Of a stretch of 17,969 nucleotides of DNA, positions 17,073-17,969 are shown in pieces. Under the pieces are notes generated by a model, which saw only the letters and a list, made by a program, of their open reading frames with translations, did no database searches and was not told where the DNA came from. The stretch lies in assembly GCA_963663405.2 (NCBI GenBank), contig CAXXSM010000015.1, positions 1-17,969 of the forward strand, read 5' to 3'. Numbering within the stretch: the first letter of the stretch is position 1; each line of letters begins with the position of its first letter. A program made the position numbers and the translations under genes. Source of the stretch: a bacterium (GTDB taxonomy: Bacteria; Hinthialibacterota; Hinthialibacteria; Hinthialibacterales; Hinthialibacteraceae).

Positions 17073-17969
17073 ACCTTACTCCTACAGCGTAGATCAAAAC
17101 GCCCACTCGTTAAAAATTGCCTTGCTCCATCAAAGGGCATGAGGTAAATTTTAAACTGATATTGATGTCCGTCTTGTGGGCCATTCCTATAGTTATTCGC
17201 GGTTTTGAAATATTGATTTGGCGTCCACCAAAAGTAATTCATTATCCCTGTTAAAGTTTGTCCCATAAATTCGTAGTCTTCATTATCCACTTTGACATAC
17301 AATTGATATTCATTGACCAGGGCTGGTTCTACACCAAAATTCCAAGCGATGTATAAAGCCCTCCAGTGGGATAAATCGGTATCTGAACCGGTTTCACCGA
17401 TCGGCGCGAGATTTCTCCCTCCTAGAATATCGTCATGAATAATCACATCATCGACAAGCGCATTCGGCATATCCGGCTGGATAAGAGAAATCTCGTTTCC
17501 TCCTTCGGCGTTGAATCCGACGGGCGCTCTCATGTCGAAGAAATCATCTGGCCCTAACTTATCATCTATGCGGATCATACGAAACAAGTAAACGGAATTG
17601 AAATCGGGTCCATTCGCTAATTCGGATGCAATACGTGGAGCGCCAGCATACCAGTCAAAACTGCGAACATCACCGGCGCCTGTCTGACCCAGGTATTTCA
17701 TTCCCTTAAATCCTTGGCGCACATACACATGCCAATTGGCCGCTGCCGCGCTTGCCGCGTTGCAATGGATCGTGAGATTCCGATTGTCAAGCGCATCGAA
17801 ATCGGTTTGACCAGTTTGGTCTCCCGTTACATCATTCGCATTATCAAATACGAGTACAAACGGTTTTTGACTTGGTGTCACGAAAGGAGATGGCGCCGGT
17901 GTCGGTGTGGCTGTGGATATCTGCACGGGGGTGGATGTCAGGGTACGGGTTGGTGTAGGCGTTGGTGTC
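17073..17969 (-). CDS. C-terminal part of a large, probably extracellular protein: Pro/Thr linker plus two tandem beta-rich repeat domains
   Basis: Frame is open past the right edge (TPTPTPTRTLTSTPVQISTATPTPAP). Two related ~125-aa units follow. The IS sits at the extreme 3' end. Confidence 0.75.

Noticed and set aside
17890-17969. GGTGT-type short tandem repeats
   Set aside because: Explained by Pro/Thr linker codons on the minus strand; the same applies to 12515-12630 on the plus strand.

Overview
The window has four parts. (1) 1-3816 (-): a defence-type operon with a 32-aa leader ORF, a 959-aa SNF2 helicase and the N-terminus of a Type III-Mod-like DNA methyltransferase that runs off the left edge. 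(2) ~4300-11190 (-): a visibly AT-richer integrative, phage-satellite-like element with no virion genes. It encodes a tyrosine integrase (one frameshift), a sigma54 enhancer-binding protein (bEBP, intact GAFTGA, unrecognised N-terminal domain), an excisionase-like HTH protein, a phage-type replication initiator with internal iterons, DnaB and a small conserved protein. (3) 11442-14194 (+): a heavily frameshifted secreted esterase/beta-helix protein. (4) 14348-17072: a complete 2725-bp two-ORF insertion sequence (27-bp TIRs, 8-bp TSD) inserted at the 3' end of a Pro/Thr-linker protein gene. The main finding is the 180 bp between the bEBP and the excisionase gene, which hold a complete sigma54 promoter layout: a -24/-12 box, an IHF-like site and four repeated upstream boxes. 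This suggests the element switches on excision and replication through its own sigma54 activator. Many single-base insertions suggest sequencing or consensus error, so 'broken' genes may be intact. All family calls come from motif recognition; no searches were run.
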